A stretch of DNA of 64,000 bases from Paramecium tetraurelia (Eukaryota). Shown here one piece after another: positions 40,603 to 54,252 of this stretch. The stretch covers positions 310,001 through 374,000 of the forward strand of contig CT868352.1 of assembly GCA_000165425.1 (NCBI GenBank). Reading direction: 5' to 3'. The notes under the pieces are model-generated. The model was not told where the DNA came from and did not search any database. It saw only the letters and a list, made by a program, of their open reading frames with translations. A program made the translations under genes and the position numbers. The stretch's first letter is position 1. The number at the start of each line of letters is the position of its first letter.

Positions 40603-42259
40603 ATGTAATCATAAGGATAGGCTCCATTATAAATAGAACATTACATAATAGGTAAAACATTGGGTGTAGGTGCATTTGGAAAAGTCAAACGTAAGAATTA
40701 ATAAATAGATTAGTGGCTAAACATAATATTACCAATACATAAGTAGCCATCAAAATCATAAATAAAAGGAAGATGAAAAACTCAAGAATGGGTACTAAGA
40801 TAAGAAGAGAAATAAGGTTGCTTAGATATTTCAATCATCCTAATGTGATTAAACTATACGAAGTATTGGACACTCCAGGGGATATATTCGTAGTAATGGA
40901 ATATGCAGAAAGAGGAGAGTTATTTGACTTAATAGCCCAAAGAGGTAAATTGCCTGAGAGTGAGGCTCGCAATTTTTTCCTGTAAATATTAAGCGGAGTG
41001 GAATATTGTCATAATAATTTAGTAGCTCACCGAGATCTTAAACCTGAGAACATCTTGATGACTCATAATTACGTTGTCAAAATAGCAGACTTTGGATTAA
41101 GTAACCTAATGAAAGATGGTAAGTATTTAAAGACCTCTTGCGGTTCTCCAAATTATGCAGCACCTGAAGTTATATCAGGAAAGACTTATTGTGGTTCTGA
41201 TGCTGATGTGTGGAGTTGTGGAGTCATTTTGTATGCATTACTTGCAGGGTTCTTACCCTTTGATGAAGAAACTACTCAAGCTCTCTTTAAAAAAATCAAA
41301 AGTGCCGATTATACCATCCCAAGTAGTTTCAGTCCTCAAGTGAGAGACCTCATAAATAGAATGCTCACTCCAGATCCATTGAAGAGAATCAAATTCCATG
41401 AGATTCATCTTCATCCATACATGAGAAGCACTTAAGTTCCCTTTTATCTCCAAATACCATTCAAATTGGATGAAGGACGTAGATAAATCAATGAAGATGT
41501 CTTTGAGAAATTAATGCAATTGTAAACAGTCAACTTCAGAGGTATGACACAAACTCAAATTCAGAAGAGTATCAGAAAAAGGGAAGACAAATCATTTGTG
41601 GTCATTTATGATTTGCTTTTGGGATAATTAGGAGTTGAATCTTCCACTCCCATGACTCTGCACAATTTAACTATGCATGATCTAATCTTCAATCCTCAAA
41701 TTCCACAAATTGAAGGACAATCATTTAATAATTGCCTATTGAACGAAATTCAGAAGCCTCAGCCTTATGATTATGGCAAGGAATTACCAAAAGACATAAT
41801 GGCTATTGTTTACCCTTATCAAGCCAGATAAATTGTAAATGCTATTTACACTTGTCTAGAGAAATTTAATACTGTTATTAAGATTAAGAGTCCTGATTAC
41901 AAGTTGAAATGTTATCATAAGAATCTCATTAAGATGACAAAGTATAATTCGAGTATGGAGTTGTTCAATGAATTCCAAAAAGAAGTGGAAGAGACTGGAT
42001 CAAAAAATGATTTGGCTTCTCTGACTTTTAAGGATGATGGCAAGAAACCAAAAATTAAGGAAAATAAATATTCAGCCAAAGAGATTATATTTAATATCTA
42101 AATTTATAAGGTAATAAATAATCAATATAAACATAGATGCCAACTAATAATAACGATCATATGATTGACTTTTAATTGTGCAGAGGACACCCTGTTGTTT
42201 TCATGGATTTTTGCAATAAAGTGATAGCTTTGCTAAATTAACACTTCAATTAAATTTGA
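40603..42259 (+). CDS. SNF1: AMPK/SNF1 catalytic subunit
   Basis: [53 protein letters not shown]-terminal KA1-like HMIDFQLCRG. Confidence 0.95.
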
Positions 42260-42298
42260 TTATTTGTTTCCAAAAATATAATAAATAAATAACAACAT

Positions 42299-43508
42299 TC
42301 ATTTATTATTTGTCTTCTTTATCTTCTTGCTGACACCTGGTATTTAAGATTCATCTTTCAACTTTTTAAGGTAATCATCAATGGTTCTCTCCAATTCATT
42401 CGCACATTTATAGTATATCGTATCCGGTTGATTGTAATTTCTGCAATTGATGAAGATCCTCTTTACATCCTTGATAAAGAGGTCTTTGGAAGTATACTAA
42501 TTGTTCTGTAATTTCTTTTCAATAGTCTTAATATCAATTGGATCAGTAATCACATCATAATAATCAGGTACATCGTCCTTATTGACAGGTTCAAGGAATG
42601 GCCAAGCAGATTTATGTTTTTTCATGGTGTCTATGATCTACTAGCATGAGATCATAAAAGTCTTTTCCTTTTACTTTTTCAATTCATTGTAATCCTCAAT
42701 TGTCCAGCCACTCTCCATAATACCTTACACACTTTCTGGTTTGACTGCAGGTCTATCTCCATTGGAAGTTTCCATTTTGTAGTTCTGCTTCTCAATGCCA
42801 GGATATACTCGATCATTCAATGTTAATTTCTTGATCATGTCTATCATGAGCTTAATATTATGAAATGCAATACCTACTTTTATTCTCTAATCAGATCACT
42901 AATGTTCCCATAATCAATACTAGGATGCACATAACATTCCATCAACGTTCCTCCATCATAATCCTTGATGAATCCTTTCCATCTGTCTGGATTCATTTTT
43001 ATTTCCTAATAGAATCCTTATTTTCTGAAATATCCAATAGCGTAGTTGTCTGCATAAGTCAGCAAATATTCAACATCCTATTTTTGTATATGTTCTTTGA
43101 ATTTGTTCATCAATCTTGTTCCATATCCCTTGACTTACAAGTTGGCTGTAATCGCCAGAAATGCTATTTCAGCAAATCTTTAAGTGGGATACTTTCTGTA
43201 ACAGATTCCTCCTATCACTTTTGTATCATCCTTCATAGTACACAATCACATACTTTGACAATGCACATGGATTCATGATTTCTATCAAATACGAGTCTAA
43301 CAATATATTCCTTAGGCATCTTAGGAAGTTAACGAGCGAATATATTTTTTAGGTCTATTAACATCTTCATTCTCTCGTGATTCCCATTATTTGTTATAAT
43401 TTTGAAGTCAATCAAACCTTGATCTTCTTCTACTTTGGCTCCTTAATCCCTATTGGTAAACCCAAGACCTGTCTATTCTCCATTTATTCCAACAAATTAT
43501 TGAGACAT
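42299..43508 (-). CDS. GCN5: GCN5 histone acetyltransferase with bromodomain
   Basis: [55 protein letters not shown]. Bromodomain [18 protein letters not shown]. Confidence 0.95.
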
Positions 43509-43518
43509 TTAATAATTA

Positions 43519-45256
43519 TCATACAAATTAAATCATTCTGCTATCCAATTCCCGCATTTCACATTAATCCAAAAATTTTATGCCAACCTTATTCAATACA
43601 TCTCTCTCTCTCTTCACTCTCGCCTTGCAAATCAATCGCTCTCCCTCCTCACTGTTAAACTAAGTTTACGAGAATTTGAATTAAGGCAATCCTACCACTT
43701 ACAGTATTTTATCGTAGACTTCAAAGAAATTGAAAATCGAAACCATAATCAATAGTATAGGCAATGAATAAGAGAATGACATCCCTAACACGGAACTAGT
43801 ATCCATATTGCCAACCACATCTTCAAAAGGAGTGCCTTAAATATGTATCATTTGTAGGAAATTAAAAGTCAACGGAAAAGATACTCTTGAAAAATTACTA
43901 GCAATGTTAATAACATAATATTTACATTGAACCAAACATCAAGCTTGGAGCATCGGTTTATTAGTGATTATAAAAGCCATACATTCCAGCAAAGTTAATG
44001 TGAAATAGTCCATAAAAAGCACAAAAAGATATATACATCAAAGGTATTAAGATTGATATTTAAGTATGCATGAATCCATTGATATTGATTATTCTACTCA
44101 GAATATTGAAGTCAAATTCAGTAAAGCATGATATCTCTGACAATATTACAATGCTAGATAATATTGAGAATATCACACACAAAGATAATAGATAGGCTTT
44201 CTTTATCTTTGTGTACCATAACCATTATAATATATCAATGTAGTGACCAAATTGTCCAGATTTTGGATATCGAAGAGTTGATCTAATTTTGTAATGCACA
44301 CTGAATTCATTATCAATCATATCTTCTAATAGAAAGCATTCACTGCAGATATGTTCCCATTTAGTTTAAGCTCTCTTGTATTCAGCAGCCTTCTTTTTGG
44401 CTTTCTTATTAATCTCACAAAAGGATGATAATTATTTAACTTCACTGATGTCCAAGATCTTATGAGAAGCATCTTCAATTATTTCATATGGAATCTTGGA
44501 TAATACAAATTTATTTACTTCGTTCAAAATATAGTCCAGACATTGTTAGTTCGGATTGCTTTGTTTATTTTATATCAATTCAATAGTCATATTGAATAAC
44601 TATGTATATAGTTCTTAGATAGCATGATTAATTTGGGCAGCTTCTAAATAGAGGGCCTTTAAGCATTTCTGATACTGTGCTTTCCTCCAATATTCTCTTG
44701 GGATAGCTACTAAACCATGTCCCAACAGTATAACGACTAGGAGGATACCACTTAGTATAAAATGAATATATACAAAGCATAAGCTAAAGCAACCAAGACT
44801 TTTAAAATTGAGTCAAAGTCCAGTTTGTTGAATATGGCCAGGTAGGCAATAAAGATTAAACCAAACAATAAAAAATAAGCATAGATAATTAAATTGTTCT
44901 TAATAGATCTTATCAATTTGTCTTTGCAATTGAATTCACCGGCATCTTCATATTCCTAGCAAATTGGTAATATTAGCCTAAAACGAATAAATGAATCATT
45001 CTCACCAACACAATATGAAGTTGCCCCAATATATCCATTTCCATAATAACACCGTATAATCATAGCCATCGCCATAATCATTCATAGTATAATAGATATC
45101 GTGGGGGATGATGAACACAATCCCAAAAGAAAGGATCCATGAGATGTATGTTAACAACTTTACATAGAAAGGCACTTGCTATTGCGAGTACTCTCGAACC
45201 AAGTATCCTACATAAAACAGTAAGATCATTCCCTCTAGCACAGTCAAGATGAACAT
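43519..45256 (-). CDS. LMBR1-like (LMBRD2) membrane protein
   Basis: PHDIY, LPICQEYEDAGEF, LLGHGLVAIPR and multiple TM segments. Final frame open to TGA at 43519. Confidence 0.85.
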
Positions 45257-45302
45257 AAGTTATAAATATTAAAAGTAATATTGGATTTTAATTGAATATA
45301 TA

Positions 45303-45677
45303 TCATTCTGGAACATCCTCCAAAGCTCGATCCCTTTCGTCTATGTTTTTAGCTCTACAAGCCTTTATGATGTGATGCATAGCATAGATCCCAGGAAGAA
45401 GACATATCCCCCCCAATACGAACATTGCAATGACTCCTTGAATCCCCTGCGAATACAAGCATCCTCTACTCAAATATCATTTCATCATTATACCCTACGA
45501 TCAATAAAACTATTCCAACTATATTTAAAAACAAAATCAAACAAAGAACATTTTTATTCAATCTTTGCCACTACCTCTATATCAATTTTTTACTGTTGTT
45601 CGAGTATGCTATATTTCATCAATATGTGAATTTTTTCTTTATCCTGCTATCGTTTATTGCAATTCACTATCTTCCAT
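45303..45677 (-). CDS. TMEM230/TMEM134-like (DUF872) small two-TM protein
   Basis: After two short introns: LILFLNIVGIVLLIVG..MFVLGGICLLPGIYA..DVPE-TGA. Confidence 0.7.
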
Positions 45678-45689
45678 TAATTAAAATAT

Positions 45690-46007
45690 ATGTAAAAGTT
45701 TTCAACTGTCAGATAATAACTTTAGCCTCTTTTCCCAATCGATTAGAACACAGCCGTTAAATTCAAACCGAGATCTTCATCTTACTGTGAAAGAATCAAA
45801 TAACTCTAATAGAGAACTGTATCATAAATGCCCAAATGCAGAAAAAGCATCATATTTTGTATGGGTGAAACCAGTCGATTGAATTCGTTCCTAATCAAAT
45901 CTAAACCAAAATATGTCAGTAAAACCAACACACGCCATCAAACCTTGTAAAATGAAAATTCCCTCAATTATGACATATCTCCTTGGGATAATTATTCACC
46001 AACTTGA
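45690..46007 (+). CDS. Small hypothetical protein (105 aa)
   Basis: Intronless 318-nt code-6 ORF MQKFSTVR..DISPWDNYSPT-TGA. Confidence 0.6.
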
Positions 46008-46606
46008 TATTTTTACTTTATATACTTATATAAACTGCTTTCATTATAGATATCCAATCATTTATAATTAAATTCTAATCACAAACTAATTCATTAGCAT
46101 TCACTAGTAAATAGTATTTACTAATATTTTAATTTATTAACATATATCTATTATAAATATTCTTGAATTAATTTACTAAAAAATATTTGACATTTGTTCT
46201 CAATCTATGAGCATATCAATTAGAAAATAAATATATTTCTATTATTCTTTTACTAAATAAAGCAAAAAATATAAAATTATAATGCAATAAAAATTTATTA
46301 GATTTATAAATAATAAATGCTAGAGGTATACATAATAAAATTTAAAAGGATTTAATTAATAGAATTTATAAACATAGAATAGAAATATAATTTCATATTA
46401 AAAATAGAGGAATCTTTTAGAAAATATACCATTTAAGAGGAAACTAGATTTTAACAGGTATTTGCACTCTGAAGTCATCACTAATTAAGGTACTTAATTA
46501 TATTGATGTTGAGATTTGATCCATCCTGTATAATAAACAATTATGTATTTAATGATTTAACAAAAAGATTAATGTCAGATTTCTAAGTTAATTTATTAAA
46601 TTGATT

Positions 46607-48513
46607 TCAATCAAATAAAATTTGCTCACGAACTTTATAATATGATGGCTCCAATGAGGATGAATCTGAATATATTATAAATTAAATAGTATTTTAAAAT
46701 GTTGGCATCTACGTAAGTTGACATCGATTAATAGATATGTTACTATGAGGACCGATGTTATCTAAAAGTAAATGCGTGATTTCAGATATTATTTAAGCAT
46801 CCTCAAAAGGATTATTGTTATCGTTTTTATAAGTACTCTTATTGAAGTTGAGATTCTTTAAATTAAGGGGTTCATCGCTTAAAAAGAAGAATGTGAATTG
46901 AACCAATTTGAACTCTTTTACAGGTTGTTCATTTTATTTGTTATTTTCCGTTTCTAAGGGAGGCTATTTTTTCTCATTATCATGTTGTTAGAATTCCTCA
47001 ATTATCCTGAGATTTATCTGATTATTTTTGATATCCTTCCTAATCAACTCATCAAATATATTAATTAAGATTTGAGTGAGATATTTAATATTAATATTAA
47101 TAGAGGAGTTTTGATCTACATAATTGTGAAGTGCAAATTTCATTGAATAATGAGAGGATAGAGCTTGAAAATATTAATTAATTATTGCGATATATTGATG
47201 AAATTTGCAATTTTAAAGACTTAACTTCATCTCAGTAATTTTATTTTTCTAAAAAAATAAAATATAATTTCTAATGTAATTCATAATTGATAAATTAAGA
47301 CATTATAATTGCAGTATTTATTATTATTCCTTTTAATTTTCAAATCTAATTTTCTTCATCTCTTCATAAAGATTCGATTATTTTTTTAATATTTGATTAG
47401 ACATACTTATTATGACCTTTTGATATTCTTTAATCTAGCCTTCGTATTTATGAATCAATTTGGGAACTTATTCTGATTTTATAATGGCAATAATAATAGG
47501 TTTGCCCAAATTAAGAAATCTGATTTATAAACACATCTTCTTGGTTTCATTGTTGATCAAATCTTGTTAATAAATTTCTAACAAGCCATCCTTTTGCTCT
47601 TTGTAATTAAACGATTTTTCAAAACTCTGAATCCTTTGAAACAAAACTTCTTCCAAATTCAACACTTTTGTTGAATTCCTGTCTCTCTATTTATTTTAAT
47701 TCTCATTCTACTTCAACAGAATAAATGTCGATCTCAAAAATGTCTTTATCTATTCTGTTTCCTTTATATTCATTAGTTCTACAAACCTATTATTCTGAAA
47801 TTCTAGAACAAACTGTCGACTTCTATTGTCTAAGCTTACTGCAAACATAGCATCATTCACAAATTCATTGATCAAATCTCTATATTACAACGAATCAATA
47901 CTTTTGCTTATTAGAAATGAGATTCAGAGAAAAAGCTAGTCTAGATGTATACTCATTCATGTACCCCCAAATTCCAATAATAATGGTACACGAGATGGTC
48001 AAAAAGACAAAAGCTAGTGTTTCTACCTTGTATACATCAAAAATCCCCATCAACACAAAGGGCGTGATCATAGTATATGCAATTTTAAGCTTGTTATCAC
48101 TATATTGCATAGTAACAATAGCGAGAGAACAAGTGTTGAAGCCGAATATAAAATTAGGTCTAAATTATAGTGGTGATTTACATTTAGAAGCCAGCAGAAG
48201 CAATAAGAATGTTAGTGGTGATAGCCCAAACATAATAGAGTGAAAATATGGATTTTAAGTATGTCAAGATCTTTCTGCTTAATATCAATAAGGTGACACT
48301 TCCCATCAATGTCAAAGTCAACATTATGGATAGCAATAGTGTTTATTATTGAATAACGAAGGTTATAAGGCATATTAAGGCGGCTATACTTATTGTAAGG
48401 TTTAGAATGCGAAAGGATAACAGTCTAATCTTGTTCAAGTGATCCTCATACGAAGATTCGAATTCTGGATCGTGAAACTTTAAACTCCATTTATCAAAAG
48501 GTAGATTAAGCAT
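46607..48513 (-). CDS. Multi-TM protein with PAS-like region and degenerate histidine-kinase-like C-terminus
   Basis: KWSLKFHDPEFESSY N-terminus, about 6 TM segments, PAS-like EFQNNRF, and YLTQILINIF resembling the HATPase N-box. No H-box or G-boxes seen. Confidence 0.55.
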
Positions 48514-48784
48514 TGAACTGAAGATAAATTTTATTTAATATTTCTCTAATATTTTAAAAGTCTTAAAATAAATTCGATATACTATTGATAGTAGATGTAT
48601 TTTTTAGGGATATTGAAAATAATCTTTGGACTATAAGAAAAGTGTCTTTTACTATAAAATATTTAAATTTATTTATAAGCAAGATATGGCGATTAGATTT
48701 TAAAAGTAAAATTGAAAATTAATTGGCTTATTGAGCCAATAGGAATGATCAAACTTATAATATATATAAATATATAATTTATTA

Positions 48785-50703
48785 ATGGAAGGATACCTAT
48801 TGAAGTGGACTAACATTTTTCAAAGATGGTAACCACGGTATTTTATTCTTTACGATGACATCCTAACCTATTGTGAGTAAAAGGGCAGTTCTGTTGAAGG
48901 CCGAGTGAGTTTGAAGATATCTGGAATCTTCACAGTGGAAGATGATCCCTTGGAAATTTTGATACAGACAGGAACTAATGATTTAAAATTAAAGGCCAAT
49001 TCTCAATCCCAATTTGTAGATTGGTTTAAAGCATTATAAATTGCATAAGAGAAATCACAAAAAAACAAGGTTTAGAATTTTGAAAGCCAAATCAATGATC
49101 TGCTTTCTACAATATGGGTTACCTTTGCAGCCTTTGATGAAACTTTGAATACTCTTCAGATAAATTGCTCAAAATTTTAGTATGAATTAATTACTAAATT
49201 GCACACTCTTGGTTAGAATTTAAAGACATTTCTTACTTTGGGATTTACTTTAATAGAGTAGGAAAAGGAGAGATTTGAGAATGACGCCAATAGTGTATAC
49301 GAAAGTTTTAATGAAATGCAGAGTGTAATCCCGAATAATGGAATTCCGAAACAAATATAAATCAAGGTGCAAGAATTTGAATCTCCTCAAAGAGGAAACT
49401 CATTCAAAAGTATTCTAGAATCAATCAAGCATACATAACCAATTAAATATGTAAGATACATCATAATAAACTAGAGAAATCTTGTGAACAGTCCTGTGTT
49501 CACTAAAATATACATAACAGATGAACCAGAAAGATCTTGTTTGCCTTATAAATAGGATCCCAAAGAGAAATTCAATGTCTGGCCTTTTCTTAAATCCTGC
49601 ATTGGAAAGGATCTAACCAGAATTCCATTTCCTTGTAAAATTTATTATTAAATTTGAAGTGATATTCCATTAGCCAATGTCAGTTCTCTAGTTAATTGTA
49701 CAGCAATTTGCTTATTTTGATTAAATTAAGAAAGCTAGTTAATGTGAGGATTCTTGCAAAAGAATGTGTCACATAATTGCATTTACATTGTCTCGATGTT
49801 CATCTACATTAGATGGCCAAAAGAAACCATTTAATCCACTTTTAGGTGAAACCTTTGAGTTCTTAACGCCTGATTACAGTATTGTATGTGAGTAAGTGTC
49901 ACATCATCCGCCAGTATCCGTTATGCATTGTGAAGGAAAGGACTTCAAGTTTTGGTCATAGAATGATGCATCTATAGGATTTGGGGGAACCCATATAAAA
50001 ATATCGATAGTAGGTAAATCTCACATCTATTTAAAACGATTTAATGAGCATTATACTTTCGATATGCCGAATATGCATATTAAAAATCTGGTATTTGGTG
50101 AAAAGTATTTTGAACATGTTGGAAAGTTGAAATATATCAATCATCAGACAGGAGATATTGGTATGGTGGATTTAAGAGAGTATGGAGAAGGCAAAGTAAT
50201 CAATATTATTAAATTAAAAGAACTTCTCTTAAGTCTAGGCTGAAGTGAGAGATTCCAATCAGAATCTCAGATACTAGATTAGTGGCTTTTATAATTCAGC
50301 CTTATACGTTGGTAACGAATTGCTTTGGTAGAGGATTATGCCAACCAAGGAGGCGTATTACTTTTATAATTATATCCCTTTACAAATGCAAGCGAACTAT
50401 CTCAATACAGAAATTTTACTTGTAATTTAGACTCATTCATTATTTAAGCAAATACCCTGCACAGATTCACGTTTGAGACCTGACATCGCAGCCTTGGAAC
50501 ATGGCTGGAAAGAGATTGGACAAGATGAGAAAGTAAGAATGGAGGAGAAGTAAAGAGAGAAGAGAAGAATTATGGAATAAAGAAATGAGGTTCATGTTCC
50601 TAAGTTCTTTGAGATAAAAGAAGATGTTGATACAAGATCCAAAGGATATGTGTTCAAAGGAAATTATTGGACAGAGAAGCACGAAGTAATGGATATATTT
50701 TGA
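48785..50703 (+). CDS. Oxysterol-binding protein-related protein (PH + ORD)
   Basis: MEGYLLKWTN..WQPRYF PH domain, KPFNPLLGETFE, signature EQVSHHPP (Q encoded by TAA), TDSRLRPD. Confidence 0.93.
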
Positions 50704-50733
50704 TCAATTTTATTTGTATTTCGATATATTTAA

Positions 50734-52413
50734 TCAATCCTGCCATATAGGATAACAATTCTACCCTACATCTTGATTAGGCTCATATTGAAAGTCATTT
50801 GGAGGACCTTGCTTTTATTTTTATTTATTGTTTTGATGATTCATATGTCTATTCTACTTCTGTTTTTATTTTTTTTCTAATTTCATCTATTGTTATTATA
50901 GGTGTTGCTAATGTTATTATTCTAATTCTTCTGCAGTGGGTTATTGAATAATAGGTTCTTGTCTCCTCATGAAGATTTGTTTCTGGGGTGCTGGTTTAAG
51001 AGGCACTGCAGTTTGGACCAATTAAACTTGTTATTAATTTTGGGGTGAAGATCTTAAAGTCTATAATTTTTCATCTTTCTGCAACTTCCTAGGTTGATCA
51101 TTGACCTTGGCTTCCTTCATTTATTTGATAAAGTCTAGATGTTAGATGATATACAATACCAACTCCCGTAGTTAGATTAATCTGCTTTGATTATTTGACT
51201 TCTTCTACAATATTGATTTAGATATTCAAATTATTATCATTGACCCATTTAATCTCATACAGTTCTTCAAACTTCTCCTTACGTAATAAGTCACCGTATT
51301 TAGAGCATATAATAAATTAGTTATCAACTCTCAATCTTGGAAAAGTTGTAGCCAATAAAAAGTGTTCTCCATTAGGACTCCATTCAAACTACACTACTTT
51401 GTCCTATCTAGTTTAGCCAACCTTCTTGAGACTGTCCATCTCATAAATATATATGTCTCCAGTCAGATTTCCAAATCCACACAGAGCAACTAAATTATTC
51501 TTAGGAAAAATTGAATTTATATGAGCTTGAAGTATTAAATATTCTTTTTCTCCTTGTTTATTAAATAGAATTGCACCTGCTGGCATATATCCAGTTATTA
51601 CTATAAATCCATTCTAGACCCATTGGACATCGTGAATAGGTCCTTCAAACAATTCTATATTCTATAATTTATCTTCAGTCCAATGATTTAGGTGATGAGT
51701 ACCAAAATAACTCTGGTTGGTGTGATCATCTAGGGTCTATGACCATATTAATAGGATTGTTCCATCGTTTGACCACAACTATTTAACTTCGTTCGAGGGG
51801 GGAATTTAATGTTCGAAATGCTTATTCTTATCATAGTGATCAATAATCAGTTGGCAATCTTTTAAATCTTCCAAATGTTTTATTAAAGTAACAGATGATA
51901 AGTATAATGAATCCCTTTAGGTTGAAATCGTAAAATCGCCATACTCTGGGCATTTAAATTATTTCAGCTATTAGAAAGTTGCTGTTTCATAAACTATTCC
52001 CTTGCAAAAGCAAAGTGATCCTGTTGAATCAAATTTAACGTCATGTGGAAATGCCTTAACAAAATTCTATGTTTTTGTAGAAAATAACATGGTTTCCTTG
52101 GCTGACAATATAATGTATTCGAAATCCGGAGAGAATGAAATTGCCTACACTCTCATTTGAATATTAAACTTGTTGTTACCCCAGTGTTCAACGCCGAAAT
52201 CTCCTCCAAACTACATTTTAATAGATGAAATACCACAATACTATATTTTGAGATTGCCATACATTTTATATTAGGTTGATCGGATATTTAAGTTGAGTTA
52301 GTGAATGTGTTATCCAATCCATCTAATCCGTGTTAATGTCTATATACAACAGAATAAGTTAATTCAGGAAGAGATTCTTATTATGTAAGGAGGAGTTGAT
52401 ATAATTGCTGCAT
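50734..52413 (-). CDS. EIF2A: Eukaryotic translation initiation factor 2A (beta-propeller)
   Basis: DHTNQSYFG, GPIHDVQW, GYMPA, GFGNLTGD, WSPNG..ATTFPRLRVDN. Confidence 0.85.
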
Positions 52414-52540
52414 TCTTGAGTATTAAATATTTAATTAATTATTGATTAATATCCATGCCATAAGCTATGATCAATGGCAACACTATCTTACGTAGATATA
52501 TTATGTAGAATTTAAATTACACCAATTGAATCAAAAAAAA

Positions 52541-54150
52541 TCAATATTCTAAATCTTCATATTCCATCTTGAGTAGATTGATTAACCTAAGTAGCTTCCT
52601 CTTCCTCTTCTTCCTTGGGTAATTTCACTCTAGAGAAACAGATTGCCGCAGCCAGAAATGATAGAAACAACAATAGACATCCATAGAAGGCTTGAGTTCT
52701 AGTGATGATTAGGAGGTGTAATTTTACTTATTTTGGTCATGAGTTATTACTGAAAGAATCTCACCGAAAACGAAACTCCATATATGTACGCCGGCCAGTA
52801 AAAAGCCTACTGCTATGGTTTGATTAATAGGATGGAGGACTTTGCATGCTAATTCAAGTTGCAATGGTATGCAAGGGATCACAAAGAAGCCAAGAACCTA
52901 TAAATCTAAATTAGAATACTGAATAGCATATCAACACAAGAGGCAGACTTTCAGTCATCAAGGCAAAGTAACTCAAACCCAAACTAGCTAAAACAGGGAT
53001 CAAATTGAACAAAACTATTTTCTTATGATTCAAATGGTATTTTCTGATTAATATGGAGTACATGACTGAACTAACAAATCCACATACAATAGGAGAACTT
53101 TCTGAACTGTAAAAGGTAAATAATTTACATATGAAACTGGTTTATGAGGGGGTGAAACCAAAGGGATTAAAAAGGTACGAAATGACGACAGCCAAAGCAT
53201 GAAATCCACCCATCAACAGACTATAACATACGAAAAGTAGGAGCTAATAGTATGATATATTTATGAAATACAAAATTTTTATTCTTCGCTGTGATCTTCA
53301 AGGATTGCATGTATGTAAACTCATCTCTAAATTTATTGATTGGACCAGGTGGAGTAGGGGGACTTGGTCTAAAGAATAGAATGGCAGGAATTAAAATAGC
53401 ACTAAAGATTTCTAATTCAATAACCATCAGTTCTCCTGTTAGCCATTTACCATCATCAGGATCAGTTTCATATTGATATCCCTTGAATATCTAGCCTGGC
53501 ACTATAACACTTTATGAGAAATATGTTGTATAATGTACCCAAAAACACTTGAACATGTAATGATGAATGAGAAGGCGATCATAACAGTAGTCTTATCCTC
53601 GGGTCTGAACCATTCTTTTGCAACATTGGCTTAAATGTTGATAATGAAGGGTCTCCCCATTCCAGCAATAAGGGATCCCAAAATAACAGTGTAAAATCTA
53701 TATTTTAGTGGAACTATACAACCTCTCTGATATAATTGTGGCCGTTCTGATTAATGCACCTAGCAATGTTAATGCACATCCAATTTTGAGACTAACTGAA
53801 ATATCTGTTTGATTGACAATAAATGTTTCTGATTTTAAGATTGATTGAATTACATACAAAAGTCAAAAGAGGATGCATTAGTAGAAATCCATTGGCAGCT
53901 AATGAAACAACAAATGTTGGGATATCATAAACTGCTGCCAAAACTGATGCGATTGGATTGCAAGTTGAAAACATCATAGATGAACAGATCTTTAAATTAC
54001 AAATTCAGATACAGTGGAGAATGCAAAAAAGGATGCCATTATATATCTCCTTGTGTAAACTTTATATTCTTCAATTTAGTCATTGATTTCTGGTTTGGCC
54101 AGATGAACCATAGCTAATTCCATTTCCATTTCATTCAATTTTTCGTCCAT
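52541..54150 (-). CDS. MFS transporter, FLVCR/SLC49-like
   Basis: YKVYTRRY, AKEWFRPED, RPSPPTPP, multiple TM helices, several short introns. Confidence 0.85.
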
Positions 54151-54252
54151 TTAATTAAAAACAATAGAACAATTTATATATCTGTAGAATATAGTTTTTA
54201 TATTTAACTAGTTTTGTTAGGGAGGAATATATTTAATAAAACATTACAATAA

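Noticed and set aside
52456..52498. Two small hairpins (TGCCAT/ATGGCA and TATCT/AGATA) upstream of eIF2A
   Set aside because: Stems of 5-6 bp are expected by chance and there is no other support.
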